This document shows, piece by piece, positions 1 to 10,617 of a DNA stretch of 64,000 nucleotides. Below the pieces are notes generated by a model. The model saw only the letters and a program-made list of their open reading frames with translations, ran no database searches and was not told the DNA's origin. The position numbers were made by a program, and so were the translations under genes. Every line of letters starts with the position of its first letter. Position 1 is the first letter of the stretch. Source of the stretch: Nitrosopumilus sp. (GTDB lineage Archaea > Thermoproteota > Nitrososphaeria > Nitrososphaerales > Nitrosopumilaceae); the NCBI GenBank assembly GCA_965206745.1, contig OZ242220.1, positions 1,664,001 to 1,728,000 on the forward strand, in the 5' to 3' direction.

Positions 1-1070
1 CGTCTGAGAAATCTTACTGCATATGGATCCTTTGAAAATTTTACAATGAAATCATATTGTCGCCCTGTTCTGTCTGTAATTCCATTGAATTCAAATCTGC
101 TTTTTTTAACTGGCCAATCCTTGAGAATTGCATCAATCTCATCATTCTTTTTGGTGGATGCATTGATTGGTTTACTATAATCATCCTTTGTTGCAAAAAA
201 TTCTCTTCTTAATTCAAGTACATCCTTAAATTTTTGAGCAATATTCTTTGCCAATATGACTACTTTGATTGTATTGTTTTCATCCTGATCCCATTCGAAA
301 TAATCAGTCGCATAAACTGCTATTTCTATTGCTAAAATGGGATCAGCAATTAATTTATCATTAATTACCAATTCTCTTAATTCAGTTGGGACTCGAGAAA
401 GATTTCTAAAATCTCTTCGAACAATAGAAATATCAAGTTCTGCTTGTTGACAAAGTTCTTTCAGAGATCCAATTTCATCATATGCATAAATCATATCTTC
501 CATTAGTTTCACATTGTGCTCAGAAATACTTGATTGCTTTTTATAATTTTTAATCAATATTTCACATTCATTTTCTATATTGTAATCCTCTTTAACATTA
601 TTTTTTAAATCATTTATTCCCTCAAAAAATTTAAGATTGCCTTCATTCTCTTTAGATGATTCAATTGTATGATTAAATCCAAATAGTTTTTGCATTTTTT
701 TAGATTCTTTTTCTACTTTTTCCCAATATGTAGAGTTTTTTGAATATGAATTTTTTTCTGTTTGATCAATTAACTTGCTTGTTTTATCGACATATTTTTT
801 TGGATTATTTTGATATAATTTTTCCTTGTATTTGAGATTACGTGGATGTCTTCTTATCCTGAAATTACAACAATTGCAAAACCAACCACGATCATCAACA
901 CCTGCTGGAGAGCCATCCTTGATATGACATCCATTATGATCGATCCATATATCACATGTCTGGCATCTGCCTTGTCCTGACTCATATCTTCCTGCTCCTG
1001 CGGGTTTTTTTACTTTGTACTTTTTGCATATTCCTTTGCAGGTTCGTTTTATTTCCACATTATCTGGCAT
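1..1070 (-). CDS. Partial protein (runs off the window start) with an N-terminal thaumarchaeal-type Cys-rich Zn-binding domain
   Basis: Hand translation from ATG at 1070: MPDNVEIKRTCKGICKKYK...GRYESGQGRCQTCDIWI...WFCNCCNFRIRRHPRN. Absent from the ORF track, consistent with no stop before the window edge. Confidence 0.75.
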   Translation of the reverse strand, partial: MPDNVEIKRTCKGICKKYKVKKPAGAGRYESGQGRCQTCDIWIDHNGCHIKDGSPAGVDDRGWFCNCCNFRIRRHPRNLKYKEKLYQNNPKKYVDKTSKLIDQTEKNSYSKNSTYWEKVEKESKKMQKLFGFNHTIESSKENEGNLKFFEGINDLKNNVKEDYNIENECEILIKNYKKQSSISEHNVKLMEDMIYAYDEIGSLKELCQQAELDISIVRRDFRNLSRVPTELRELVINDKLIADPILAIEIAVYATDYFEWDQDENNTIKVVILAKNIAQKFKDVLELRREFFATKDDYSKPINASTKKNDEIDAILKDWPVKKSRFEFNGITDRTGRQYDFIVKFSKDPYAVRFLR

Positions 1071-1107
1071 CCTTTATGCTATATGAAAATCACGTAATGA
1101 TTCAATA

Positions 1108-1117
1108 ACTCTATAAA
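1108..1117 (+). promoter_or_regulatory. TATA box of the 55-aa gene (leaderless-type spacing)
   Basis: actctataaa, identical to the element upstream of the paralog at 2304..2313. Confidence 0.55.
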
Positions 1118-1139
1118 TCCCACAGTTCTAGCCTGTATC

Positions 1140-1307
1140 ATGAGAGATACGATAGGTGGCAGACCGTATGATGTCAAAAAAGACGGCTCCAAACATGTCA
1201 TCAGTTTTTATCCGCAGACAGCAAATGCAAAGAATCCAGATGCTGTGCTATTCAGACTGACTCTGACTAAAGAAGAGATAAAGAAACTAGCAAAGATTGC
1301 AGGCTAG
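1140..1307 (+). CDS. 55-aa small protein, paralog of 2335..2502
   Basis: MRDTIGGRPYDVKKDGSKHVISFYPQTANAKNPDAVLFRLTLTKEEIKKLAKIAG. TATAAA 28 nt upstream; same length and motifs as the paralog. Confidence 0.75.
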   Translation: MRDTIGGRPYDVKKDGSKHVISFYPQTANAKNPDAVLFRLTLTKEEIKKLAKIAG

Positions 1308-1444
1308 GCCAATACAGGTTTAACATGTAATGCTTCTATGCTATTGTTTTTTATCACAAAAAAATGTATAGATCCATCAGAATCATATATTGCTCTGACT
1401 ATGTTGTTTTATAAAAATTCAATTTGATCAGAGAACCCAATTTC

Positions 1445-1930
1445 TTTTCTAATTGTCTTCTATAATTCATAAGATAATTGTAAGAATATTCTCTCATGTA
1501 TCATTGGCACAGACAATCTCATGTGAATTCTGTGACTAAAAGTAAATTTGTCAATATCTCATCAAATCCAGATCATATAACAGAATCATTTTCCGTATTA
1601 TTTATAACAGAAATAACACTTGCAGTATTTGAGCAGATATGACTAAAGAAAAACCAATTATCCTTCTAGACGTAATGTTTGAGAATCTACAAGAACTTTT
1701 AGTAGATAAAGGATGGGAGGTAGAAACAGTATCAAAAACACTTGGAGTTACTCAAGAAAAGAGAGACGACACAAAAATTCTAGACTATGCAGAAAAAAAA
1801 GGTTGTGTCGTCATTACTGAGGATAAGCAATTCATCAAACGACTACAAGCAAAAGAAATGAATGTTTTTACCGTTAATGATATTGACAAGGCCAAGACTA
1901 TCGATGAAAAATTAAAGAAAGAATTTAGCT
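1445..1930 (+). repeat. Direct repeat copy 1 (~490 bp, includes the PIN gene) flanking the dnd island
   Basis: Aligns by eye with ~14553..15066. Confidence 0.85.
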
Positions 1931-1935
1931 ATTAA
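1639..1935 (+). CDS. Small PIN-fold protein (DUF5615/Mut7-C-like)
   Basis: ILLDVM...L...GWEV...DDTKILDYA...VVITEDKQF matches the pattern of DUF5615-like PIN proteins. Confidence 0.75.
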   Translation: MTKEKPIILLDVMFENLQELLVDKGWEVETVSKTLGVTQEKRDDTKILDYAEKKGCVVITEDKQFIKRLQAKEMNVFTVNDIDKAKTIDEKLKKEFSY

Positions 1936-2303
1936 AACCAAAAAAGAAAGATTTCATATAATCAGCAAGTTACTCATGAGGGTTCTGTCATGGTATCAAG
2001 ATTAGAATTGAATAAAACTAGATAGATTTCCAACTATTGACAAATTTATGTAATGATGAAAAGTTGGAATGATGAATTAGTTTTTATTCCAGATACAACA
2101 AAATAATACATGACATCTAAGACAATTTTAACACCTGCACAGATGTATCAATTTTTGAGAATCAAACGAATGGGCAGTAGAAATATTTTTTGTTAAAAAC
2201 AAAATTATGAGATCATTTCAGGCCAACAGCTATCTTTTCTATCCAATAGTAAGATAAACTGGAAGATCCAGGTCTCAATAACACAAAGATCCCAATTTTG
2301 AAA

Positions 2304-2313
2304 ACTCTATAAA
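2304..2313 (+). promoter_or_regulatory. TATA box of the second 55-aa gene
   Basis: actctataaa, with TATAAA 27 nt upstream of ATG 2335. Confidence 0.55.
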
Positions 2314-2334
2314 CCACATTTAATACACAAAATC

Positions 2335-2502
2335 ATGGTAAAAACCGAAATTGGAGGTAGGCCTGTAGATATTACAAAGGAAGATGGCAAGATCAAGGTT
2401 GTTTTTCACCCCCTTGCAAAGGGAGCAAAACATCCGGATGCTGCAGTCTTTTCAGTAAAACTATCAAAGACCGACTTAGATACATTCAAGAAGGCTTTCT
2501 GA
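2335..2502 (+). CDS. 55-aa small protein immediately upstream of dndB
   Basis: MVKTEIGGRPVDITKEDGKIKVVFHPLAKGAKHPDAAVFSVKLSKTDLDTFKKAF. Shares IGGRP, DG, F-x-P, AK-x-PDA and F-x-[LV] with 1140..1307. Confidence 0.75.
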   Translation: MVKTEIGGRPVDITKEDGKIKVVFHPLAKGAKHPDAAVFSVKLSKTDLDTFKKAF

Positions 2503-2588
2503 TTATATACTTCCCTTGGGTAATTGTGAACTTCCAAAAACATTTATCAGACTTCCATTATTATTAGGCCTGTCTAAAATGCGGACAG

Positions 2589-3677
2589 ATGGACAGTCAG
2601 TCAGTCGGTAGTGATGTGTATGGATTTGATGCAATTCGAGGAATTCAGGCTGGACATGAATTTTACGTTGCAATGTGTCCTCTGAAGATCATTCCAAAAA
2701 TATTCATCTTTGACGATTACGATCTTCCTCCGGAATTAAGGGCACAGCGAACTCTTAGAAAAGCTAGAATTCCTGTAATTAAAAACTATATTTTGAATAA
2801 TCCCAAAGATTACATTTTTTCTTCATTGGCTTCATCAGTTGACGGTAAAATGAAATTCACACCGGCTCCATCTCTTGGAGATGATGGAAAACTAGGACGC
2901 CTCTACATAAACATGGATTCTAGATTTCTGATAAATGATGGGCAGCATAGAAGAAAAGCAATTGAGGAGGCACTAAAAGAAAAACCAGAACTTGGACATG
3001 AGATGATCTCAGTCGTATTTTTCCGTGATGATGGATTAAAGCGCAGTCAGCAGATATTCTCTGATCTGAATAAAAATGTAATCAAGCCCACAAAATCATT
3101 AAACATTCTATATGATCATCGGGATGATTTTTCAAAGTTCATTGTAAATCTTATAAATGATGTGGATGCATTCCAAGGAAGAGTTGAATTGGAAAAGACT
3201 ACAATCTCAAACCGCTCAACCAAAGTATTTACTCTAAATGGAATTGCAGATGCATCAATGCGTCTGCTTGGATTAACCAAAGGGCAAAAATTATCCAAGG
3301 ATGAAAAGACTCTACTCAAAGAATTTTGGGAAACCGTATCCAAGAATATGCCTGAATGGCAGATGATCCTGCAAGATAATGCATCTCTTGTAGAACTACG
3401 CAAATATTTTGTCAATACAAACACCAACCTGCTTAATGCACTTGGAATTGCAGGAAAGATAATTATCGATGATTCTCCAGAAACTTGGAAAGAAAAATTA
3501 AAGAACCTCAAAAAGATAGATTGGTCTAGGGAGAATCCAGAATGGGATGGAAGACTCATACGTAGTGGCCAAATGATAAAGCTTGCAATAGGGATTGATC
3601 TGGCAGCCAATGTTATTATAAAAAAATGCGGAGTCAAACTTGATAAAACAAGACAAAAGATAGAGGCAAAGCTATGA
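2589..3677 (+). CDS. dndB: DNA sulfur modification protein DndB
   Basis: AIRGIQAG, RAQRTL, INDGQHRR, QQIFSDLN motifs; first gene of the dnd operon. Confidence 0.93.
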   Translation: MDSQSVGSDVYGFDAIRGIQAGHEFYVAMCPLKIIPKIFIFDDYDLPPELRAQRTLRKARIPVIKNYILNNPKDYIFSSLASSVDGKMKFTPAPSLGDDGKLGRLYINMDSRFLINDGQHRRKAIEEALKEKPELGHEMISVVFFRDDGLKRSQQIFSDLNKNVIKPTKSLNILYDHRDDFSKFIVNLINDVDAFQGRVELEKTTISNRSTKVFTLNGIADASMRLLGLTKGQKLSKDEKTLLKEFWETVSKNMPEWQMILQDNASLVELRKYFVNTNTNLLNALGIAGKIIIDDSPETWKEKLKNLKKIDWSRENPEWDGRLIRSGQMIKLAIGIDLAANVIIKKCGVKLDKTRQKIEAKL

Positions 3678-5146
3678 GTGAATCAATCTTAGAAAAAAGG
3701 ACATTTGCAGATATTTTTAAGGAAATCAGAAATACGTACCTAAATGATGACAGACCTTGGATAATCGGATTCAGCGGGGGAAAGGACTCGACATGCTTGG
3801 TACAGCTAGTCTGGAAGGCCCTCTCTGAACTGCCTCAAGAAAAGTTGCAAAAGGAGATCCATGTAATTTCTTCAGATACGCTGGTTGAAGCGCCCCAAAT
3901 TGCCGAGAGAATTACGGGCAGTTTGGAGAGAATGGAAAAATGTGCCAAAAAAATCAACCTTCCACTTGGAACAAACCTGCTAAGACCTCCAATAACGGAC
4001 ACATTCTGGGTTCGATTGCTAGGCATGGGCTATCCTGCACCTACAACGATGTTCAGATGGTGTACTGACATGCTAAAAATTTCAAACGCTGATCGTTTCA
4101 TCAAGGATACCGTCTCCAAGCACGGCGAGGCCATAGTTCTACTGGGTATGAGAAAAAGCGAGAGTTCTGTGCGGGATCAGGTCATGAACATGTACAAAAT
4201 TGAGAACAGCGTACTCTCAAGGCATTCCAAATTTGATCAGACCTATGTGTATACCCCCATTGAAGATTTTTCGACAGAGGATGTCTGGAATTATCTGCTG
4301 ACAAACAAAAATCCCTGGGGTGATGAGAATCGCAACTTGCTTGCAATGTATCAGGATGCAAATGCCAGGGAATGTCCTCTAGTAATTGACACCACAACTC
4401 CTTCTTGTGGCGGTGGACGTTTTGGTTGCTGGACATGCACTGTGGTAGACAAGCAGAGTTATCTTACAAATTTGATTGAAAGTGATGAAAAAAATGAATG
4501 GATGGAGGTATTAGCAGAACTAAGACAGAAACTAAAGGATACCCAGGATTCTAGCGTCTGGGAAATATACAGGGAGAAAAAGAGACGCAATGGCAATGTT
4601 GATCTAAAAAATCACGGTGAAGGATACACGCCAGGTCCATACAAAATGGAATTTCGAATACAATATCTAAAGGATCTGCTCGAAGGGCAAATAAAGATAC
4701 AGAAACTCAAAAATGATCCAGAGATGGAATTGATTTTAGAAGATGAGATTCACGAGATACAAAGAATCTGGAGGATGGAGCAGGGAGACTGGAAGAATAC
4801 AGCATATGCAATATATGCAGAAATAACTGGAAGAAACATAAACAGCGTTCAAAACGAGTTGGGAGACTTTGGCGATGCAGAACAGAATCTACTTGAAGAG
4901 ACATGCTCTACACATAACGTTCCCTTCAAACTGGTAAGCAGTCTTCTTAATTTGGAACTAAAGTCCCAGAGTGCAAACAGGCATGCAAAAATCTTTGACA
5001 AGATAAAGAACGAGTTATCCAAAGAATGGAGAGATGTAGAGGATACAAAAGAGTTTGAAAAAATTATAGTTGAACTGCAAAAGAAAAAGGACATTCGGGA
5101 CAAAATAAAGACATTGGCAGAATCAGATATCAAAAAAACACAGTGA
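3674..5146 (+). CDS. dndC: DNA phosphorothioation sulfurtransferase DndC (PAPS-reductase family)
   Basis: RPWIIGFSGGKDS, GYPAP...FRWCT, CPLVID...SCG..RFGCWTCTVV; overlaps the dndB stop (ATGA). Confidence 0.95.
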   Translation: MSESILEKRTFADIFKEIRNTYLNDDRPWIIGFSGGKDSTCLVQLVWKALSELPQEKLQKEIHVISSDTLVEAPQIAERITGSLERMEKCAKKINLPLGTNLLRPPITDTFWVRLLGMGYPAPTTMFRWCTDMLKISNADRFIKDTVSKHGEAIVLLGMRKSESSVRDQVMNMYKIENSVLSRHSKFDQTYVYTPIEDFSTEDVWNYLLTNKNPWGDENRNLLAMYQDANARECPLVIDTTTPSCGGGRFGCWTCTVVDKQSYLTNLIESDEKNEWMEVLAELRQKLKDTQDSSVWEIYREKKRRNGNVDLKNHGEGYTPGPYKMEFRIQYLKDLLEGQIKIQKLKNDPEMELILEDEIHEIQRIWRMEQGDWKNTAYAIYAEITGRNINSVQNELGDFGDAEQNLLEETCSTHNVPFKLVSSLLNLELKSQSANRHAKIFDKIKNELSKEWRDVEDTKEFEKIIVELQKKKDIRDKIKTLAESDIKKTQ

Positions 5147-7440
5147 AGATCATGATAATAGATAAAATCATCATAACTAATTTTGGAGTATATGGAGGGA
5201 CAAATCAATTTGATTTTACTACGAGCCCTCGAAAAACTATAGTTTTATGTGGCGGGATAAACGGAGCTGGAAAAACCACCCTCTTTGAATCAATCATGCT
5301 GTGCTTTTATGGCAAAGACTATGATGATGTTGGTTTAGGGAAAAGATACAATCAAAAGATCCTACGCTCATTTCACAAGAATCTGAAGACAAATTTTGTC
5401 TCTACTGACTCATCAATTTTAATAATATTTCAGACTGCATTTGATGGCAAAGTTAAAAAATACAAAATAGTTAGAACATGGAAAAACAATGACGGTAAAA
5501 TTAATGAGAGTTTATCCGTCCAAAAATATGATCCTCAACTAGCAAAGTTTAGAGACCTAAACATGTCAATTCCCACAAAGAGAAACAGGCACACTGATGC
5601 TAAACTTGCGGAGAGAGACTCTATTGAAAAATCAGAATGGCAGCAATTCATCAACGAATTGATTCCAAGAGGCATTGCAAAGCTATTCTTTTTTGATGGC
5701 GAACAAATTCAAAATATTGCAGAAGATGACAATGAAAACAAATACATCCAATCCTCATTTGATACTCTACTTGGGTTGGATCATGTAAAGCAGCTACAAA
5801 AAGATATTGGATTTGTACTGTACAGAGAGACAAAGAAGAAGAACACCAACGAGAAACAAACTGAGGCAAACTATGATACCATGACTCCAGACAAACTAAA
5901 GCGTGAAATGCTAAAAAAAGAACTAGTGGAATTTGTCGAACTGCGCAACAATTACAAGCAATATAAAAAAAATTACGACAAACCGATGCATTTGGAAAAT
6001 TTTGAATATATGCTAAGATTTGTCACAAGTGATATGCGTGAAAAAGAATTTACTGGAAATGAACTACAATCATTGCTCTTCATACAAGAGATATTAGAAG
6101 AGAAGATTCAAGGGATGGGTATTGAACTCCAAGAATGCAATGAATTGATAGAATCAAGTCACAAAGAATTCCTCTTGGCAACAGAGAGATTCCAAAAGAT
6201 TGGTGGAAGTTATTATGAGAAAGATAAAGAGCTAGGAAAAAATCAAGAAGAGACAACATCAAAGATTGCAGTCACTGAAAAAGAGATCCGTGACTTGTGC
6301 TCTGCAGAGTTGCCATTTAGTCTGATTCCAGAGCAGCTCAAAGAGATAAAAGAGCAGATCGAATCTGACAAGGATGTCATTCGACTAAACTATGAAATGG
6401 AGATCCTTGAGAAGAACACTAAAAAGATCTCCCTTGCATTAAATTCCAAGTCATTTCTGTCAGATATTCCAACTAATACAAAACAGATGATCAACACAGA
6501 ACTGACCAAGCTGTTAAGTGAGGATTTGGAGAAAAAGCCCACACCAGATACCTTCTTTAGCCTGTCCCCATCAGATACGGAGAGATTCCTGCGTATCATT
6601 GAGGATTCCCAAGATGCCACCATTGAGAAGATCGAGAAATTGACCGTATCCTATGGAATTCAAAAGAGAGCTTTGGAGAAATTCGATGTAATAGGTAAAA
6701 TCAAGCCTGAGATAGATGAAATAAGATCAATAATGTCTGAAAGAGATCTACTTCGGGACAAAGAGCATGACTTGAAGGATCGATGTGATAAAATTGAATT
6801 TGATTTGTCACAAGCCCGAACAAGGATTAAAATGCTAAATGCAAAGATTCGAATCAGTCTAGAACGACAAACAACCTCTGAAAAATTATCCTCCAGTGAG
6901 TCAACTGCCAGTTCTGTGCTAAATGTCTTAAAAGCATACTCTGACTCACTACGGACAGAAAAAATATCTCTCTTGGAGGATAATATATTGAAGGGTCTTG
7001 ATATTTTACTGCACAAAAAGGATTTCATCAAAAAGGTGACAGTTAACAAGGAGACTTTTGTAGTCACACTGTATGACAAACATAAGAACAAGATAACAAA
7101 AGATCGAATGTCCAAAGGTGAGCTTCAGATTTATGCAATTGCACTTGTCTGGGGATTAGCAAAGACCTCTAGAAGGCCTCTACCATTTATGATTGACACC
7201 CCTCTTGCAAGACTGGATGTGGAACACAGGGAAAGTCTTATCGAGTCATTCTTCCCTAGAACATCCCAGCAGACAATAATACTATCCACTAACTCTGAAA
7301 TTGGTCCTGCGTATTACAAGAAACTAAAGCCATACATTTCAAAAGCATATACGATAAAGTTTGATTCTGATAAAGGGGCAACAAGCATCAAGAAAAACTA
7401 TTTTGATAATAAGGAGAAGATAGCAGTTGAAAGCCACTAA
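5143..7440 (+). CDS. dndD: DNA sulfur modification ATPase DndD (SMC-like)
   Basis: Walker A GGINGAGKTT, LFFFDGEQI, long coiled coil, MSKGELQI, IDTPLARLD..HR, QTIILST. Confidence 0.93.
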   Translation: MKIMIIDKIIITNFGVYGGTNQFDFTTSPRKTIVLCGGINGAGKTTLFESIMLCFYGKDYDDVGLGKRYNQKILRSFHKNLKTNFVSTDSSILIIFQTAFDGKVKKYKIVRTWKNNDGKINESLSVQKYDPQLAKFRDLNMSIPTKRNRHTDAKLAERDSIEKSEWQQFINELIPRGIAKLFFFDGEQIQNIAEDDNENKYIQSSFDTLLGLDHVKQLQKDIGFVLYRETKKKNTNEKQTEANYDTMTPDKLKREMLKKELVEFVELRNNYKQYKKNYDKPMHLENFEYMLRFVTSDMREKEFTGNELQSLLFIQEILEEKIQGMGIELQECNELIESSHKEFLLATERFQKIGGSYYEKDKELGKNQEETTSKIAVTEKEIRDLCSAELPFSLIPEQLKEIKEQIESDKDVIRLNYEMEILEKNTKKISLALNSKSFLSDIPTNTKQMINTELTKLLSEDLEKKPTPDTFFSLSPSDTERFLRIIEDSQDATIEKIEKLTVSYGIQKRALEKFDVIGKIKPEIDEIRSIMSERDLLRDKEHDLKDRCDKIEFDLSQARTRIKMLNAKIRISLERQTTSEKLSSSESTASSVLNVLKAYSDSLRTEKISLLEDNILKGLDILLHKKDFIKKVTVNKETFVVTLYDKHKNKITKDRMSKGELQIYAIALVWGLAKTSRRPLPFMIDTPLARLDVEHRESLIESFFPRTSQQTIILSTNSEIGPAYYKKLKPYISKAYTIKFDSDKGATSIKKNYFDNKEKIAVESH

Positions 7441-7801
7441 AATAAAGCTCAGTGCCAAGAGCCAGAACCTCTTAGGCAGATTAAAATCCAAAACTGGTCT
7501 GACTCCGAATTTCCTTGCAAGGTTTGCATTCTGTCTATCACTCAAAGAGAGATCATCTCCGAATCCCGATGAATATGACAAAGATGGCTCGGAGATTGAA
7601 ACTAGTATTTTGTTTGGAGAGTATGAGCCACTCTATCTTGGTCTGATGAGAAACAGACTGAAAAAAGACGGAAAGAGTGTTGAAACTGATTTGAATGAGA
7701 TGGCTCGCTGCCATATCAATCGCGGAGTCATTGCACTTGCTCCAAGAATCCAGAGTTTGGAGAGTTTTTACGAATTAATCAGGGAAGAGCGAAATGTCTG
7801 A
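7427..7801 (+). CDS. dndE: DNA sulfur modification protein DndE
   Basis: LKSKTGLTPNFLARFAFCLSL...LFGEY...HINRG; position after dndD. Confidence 0.9.
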   Translation: MKATKIKLSAKSQNLLGRLKSKTGLTPNFLARFAFCLSLKERSSPNPDEYDKDGSEIETSILFGEYEPLYLGLMRNRLKKDGKSVETDLNEMARCHINRGVIALAPRIQSLESFYELIREERNV

Positions 7802-8957
7802 GATAAAGTTCCCAATCTACCTTGATTCACATGCCACCACTCCTGTAGATTTGCGTGTTTTTGAGGAGATGAGGCCGTACTTTACAGAGAATTTTGGCAA
7901 CGCCTCAAGTTTGGATCATTCCTTTGGATATGACGCATCAATTGCAGTCTCTCAAGCCAGAGAGAAGATTGCAAAGGCAATTGGGGCAAATACCGATGAG
8001 ATTCTTTTTACATCAGGGGCCACAGAATCTGATAACCTGGCATTACTTGGTGTGATGGAGCGAAACAAGAGCAAGGGAAATCATCTCATTACATGTGTAA
8101 CAGAGCACAAGGCAGTTTTGGATACTGCAAAACATCTGGAGAAGAATGGATGTAAAGTGACATATTTACCAGTAGATGAGTTTGGCTGCATTAGTTTGGA
8201 TGAACTAAGATCTGCAATAACAGATGAGACTGTGCTGATTTCAATAATGTTTGCAAACAACGAGATTGGAACCATTGCAGATGTTGCAGAGATTGGAACA
8301 ATAGCAAAGGAACACGACGTACTGTTTCATACAGATGCAGTACAAGCACTGGGTCATATTCCAATTGATGTCAAAAAAATGAACATTGACTTGATGTCAA
8401 TGTCATCTCACAAAATATACGGACCTAAGGGGATAGGCGCACTGTACATTAGAAGTATCTTGCCACGCGTAAAGATTGATTCGATTGTGTATGGCGGAGG
8501 ACAGGAGAGAAACATTCGCTCTGGGACTCTGAATGTTCCAGGAATTGTGGGTTTTGCAAGAGCAGTTGAAATTGCACATAAAGAGATGAATTCTGAGAAT
8601 ATTAAATTTAAAAGATGGACTGATACAATGTTGGAAAGATTATCTAAAGTAGGTGCAAAACTAAATGGACATCCTACAAATAGACTTGCTCATAATTTGA
8701 ATATCAGATTTGATGGAATAGAAAGCAAGGCAATAATTAACTCAGTGGCAAAAAAATTAGCAATATCTGCAGGATCTGCATGTACTACTCATATGATAGA
8801 GCCATCTCATGTGCTTTTAGCCTTGGGATTAAATGAGAATCAGGCCCACTCATCAATTAGAATTGGGTGTGGGAGATTCAATACTGATGAGGAAATCAAG
8901 ATAGCAACAGATGAAATTCATGCCTGTATCAATCTATTAACAAAAATCAAGATTTAG
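7794..8957 (+). CDS. dndA: Cysteine desulfurase (DndA/IscS-like)
   Basis: YLDSHATTP, FTSGATE, HTDAVQ, SSHKIYGPKG (PLP Lys), SAGSAC (catalytic Cys); overlaps dndE. Confidence 0.9.
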   Translation: MSEIKFPIYLDSHATTPVDLRVFEEMRPYFTENFGNASSLDHSFGYDASIAVSQAREKIAKAIGANTDEILFTSGATESDNLALLGVMERNKSKGNHLITCVTEHKAVLDTAKHLEKNGCKVTYLPVDEFGCISLDELRSAITDETVLISIMFANNEIGTIADVAEIGTIAKEHDVLFHTDAVQALGHIPIDVKKMNIDLMSMSSHKIYGPKGIGALYIRSILPRVKIDSIVYGGGQERNIRSGTLNVPGIVGFARAVEIAHKEMNSENIKFKRWTDTMLERLSKVGAKLNGHPTNRLAHNLNIRFDGIESKAIINSVAKKLAISAGSACTTHMIEPSHVLLALGLNENQAHSSIRIGCGRFNTDEEIKIATDEIHACINLLTKIKI

Positions 8958-8992
8958 TAGTAAAGATCATCTTTTTAAGATAGATTCAATGG

Positions 8993-9859
8993 TTGTCATT
9001 TATGACAATTAAAAAAATTGGCTATAAGGAAATTGACATATCTCAAGATGTGCTTGATACAAGCAAATCCCAAGCACGACAGACAAATGTTAATGAAAAT
9101 GTAAAAGATTTAGCTCAAAGTATAGAACTCCAAGGATTATTTTCGCCAGTTCTCGTTATCAAAGTAAATGAAAACAGGTATGAGTTAATTGCAGGTCAGA
9201 GAAGAATGAAAGCTCATAGAGATATTTTATCAAAAAAAGATCCTAAAAAATTTGGTAAGATTGGAGCTTTTATTTATGAAAATTCCATGGAAGAGTGGGA
9301 GAAGAAGGCAATTTCAATTAACGAAAATTTTAATCAGGTTCCAATGAGTGAAGAAGATAAAATTGCAGCAGTAACTGTTTGCTATAATACATTTAATTCT
9401 ATTCGCGTAACTGCTGAAAAAACAGGTATTTCAGAAGAACGAGTAAGTAAATATGTAAAGTATACTCGCCTTCCTCCTATTCTGAAAAAACTAAAAGACG
9501 ATGGAAAAATTTCATTAGGTACTGCTTTAGATACTGCAAATCTTTTTGAAATTGACAGTTCAGAATTAGGAGATATTCCTGAAGAAGAAGTGAAAACATG
9601 TGCATTAGAAAGTGAAAAATTAAGTTCAAAACAGAAAAAACGTGTAAAAGAAATCAAGATTGAAAAACCCGAATTTAAAATTGAAGAGATCATCAATAAA
9701 GTCAGAACTAAAAAAGAGACTTCTCATAAAATTGAAACAGAGGTAGTGTCAGACACATATGCTCGTGTTGAAGTATACAAAGATACCAAAAAATTAAAAT
9801 CCGTTGCACTTGCTGCATCAGAATTAATCGAAGATGGATTAAAGCTCAATAAATTATAA
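8993..9859 (+). CDS. ParB/Srx-domain protein with HTH and possible C-terminal RHH
   Basis: LAQSIELQGLFSPVLV...YELIAGQRRMKA, SINENFNQ, then HTH-like TAEKTGISEERVSKY. Confidence 0.8.
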   Translation: MSFMTIKKIGYKEIDISQDVLDTSKSQARQTNVNENVKDLAQSIELQGLFSPVLVIKVNENRYELIAGQRRMKAHRDILSKKDPKKFGKIGAFIYENSMEEWEKKAISINENFNQVPMSEEDKIAAVTVCYNTFNSIRVTAEKTGISEERVSKYVKYTRLPPILKKLKDDGKISLGTALDTANLFEIDSSELGDIPEEEVKTCALESEKLSSKQKKRVKEIKIEKPEFKIEEIINKVRTKKETSHKIETEVVSDTYARVEVYKDTKKLKSVALAASELIEDGLKLNKL

Positions 9860-9860
9860 A

Positions 9861-10616
9861 ATGTCCATTCTAAAAGATGGTCTAAGACTTGCCAAATTAA
9901 AACGAAGTATTGGACGTGATCATGCTGATCCTAGACCTCTGTTACCAATCCAAGTTGCCACATATCTAAAAGAAATGAAAGAGGATCTAAATGATTTATC
10001 AAATGTAAAAACAGCTAAAAGACTTGGAGTTTCTACAGCGTTAATTTCTAATTTCTTAAGTTTACTTGATGCTCCAACTAACAAATATGATTATGTATGG
10101 GGATGGGGCACTTCAACAGATGCTCGACTTGCATGGTCAATGTGTAGGCGAATGGGAATTGAATATAAAAAAGGATTGATTTCTGAGGAAGAATTCGGAA
10201 AACTTGTCAGTGGTGCCCTTAATAATCAAATCCCTCCAAAAACTGTTGAAGATATTTTAATTTTAAAAAAAAGATATCCTGAAAAATCTTTTAATGAATG
10301 CTGTAAAGAGATTCTTAATCTAATCCCTGAAAGTATAACATCCATAATTTTCATTGCCGATTTGGACCATTCTATTATTGAAAAAATCCATAAGAAATCC
10401 ATTTCTGCCTCTAAATCTGAAGAAGATATTGCAGAATCGATATTATCAAAATACATAGGTCAAGAAAACATCGAAGGAGTGCTGTTAAAAAATAACAAAC
10501 ATATCAAAATTGCATTTACAGAGAAAGGTCGTGAAAAATTAGACAAAATTTCAAAGCAAGAAAGAAAATCAATTGTTGAAATAATTAATTATTTATTTTT
10601 AAAAGAAGGATTTTGA
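9861..10616 (+). CDS. HTH-containing protein resembling the central ParB DNA-binding region
   Basis: LLPIQVA...TAKRLGVSTALISNFLSLL; 1 bp after the previous stop. Confidence 0.6.
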   Translation: MSILKDGLRLAKLKRSIGRDHADPRPLLPIQVATYLKEMKEDLNDLSNVKTAKRLGVSTALISNFLSLLDAPTNKYDYVWGWGTSTDARLAWSMCRRMGIEYKKGLISEEEFGKLVSGALNNQIPPKTVEDILILKKRYPEKSFNECCKEILNLIPESITSIIFIADLDHSIIEKIHKKSISASKSEEDIAESILSKYIGQENIEGVLLKNNKHIKIAFTEKGREKLDKISKQERKSIVEIINYLFLKEGF

Positions 10617-10617
10617 G

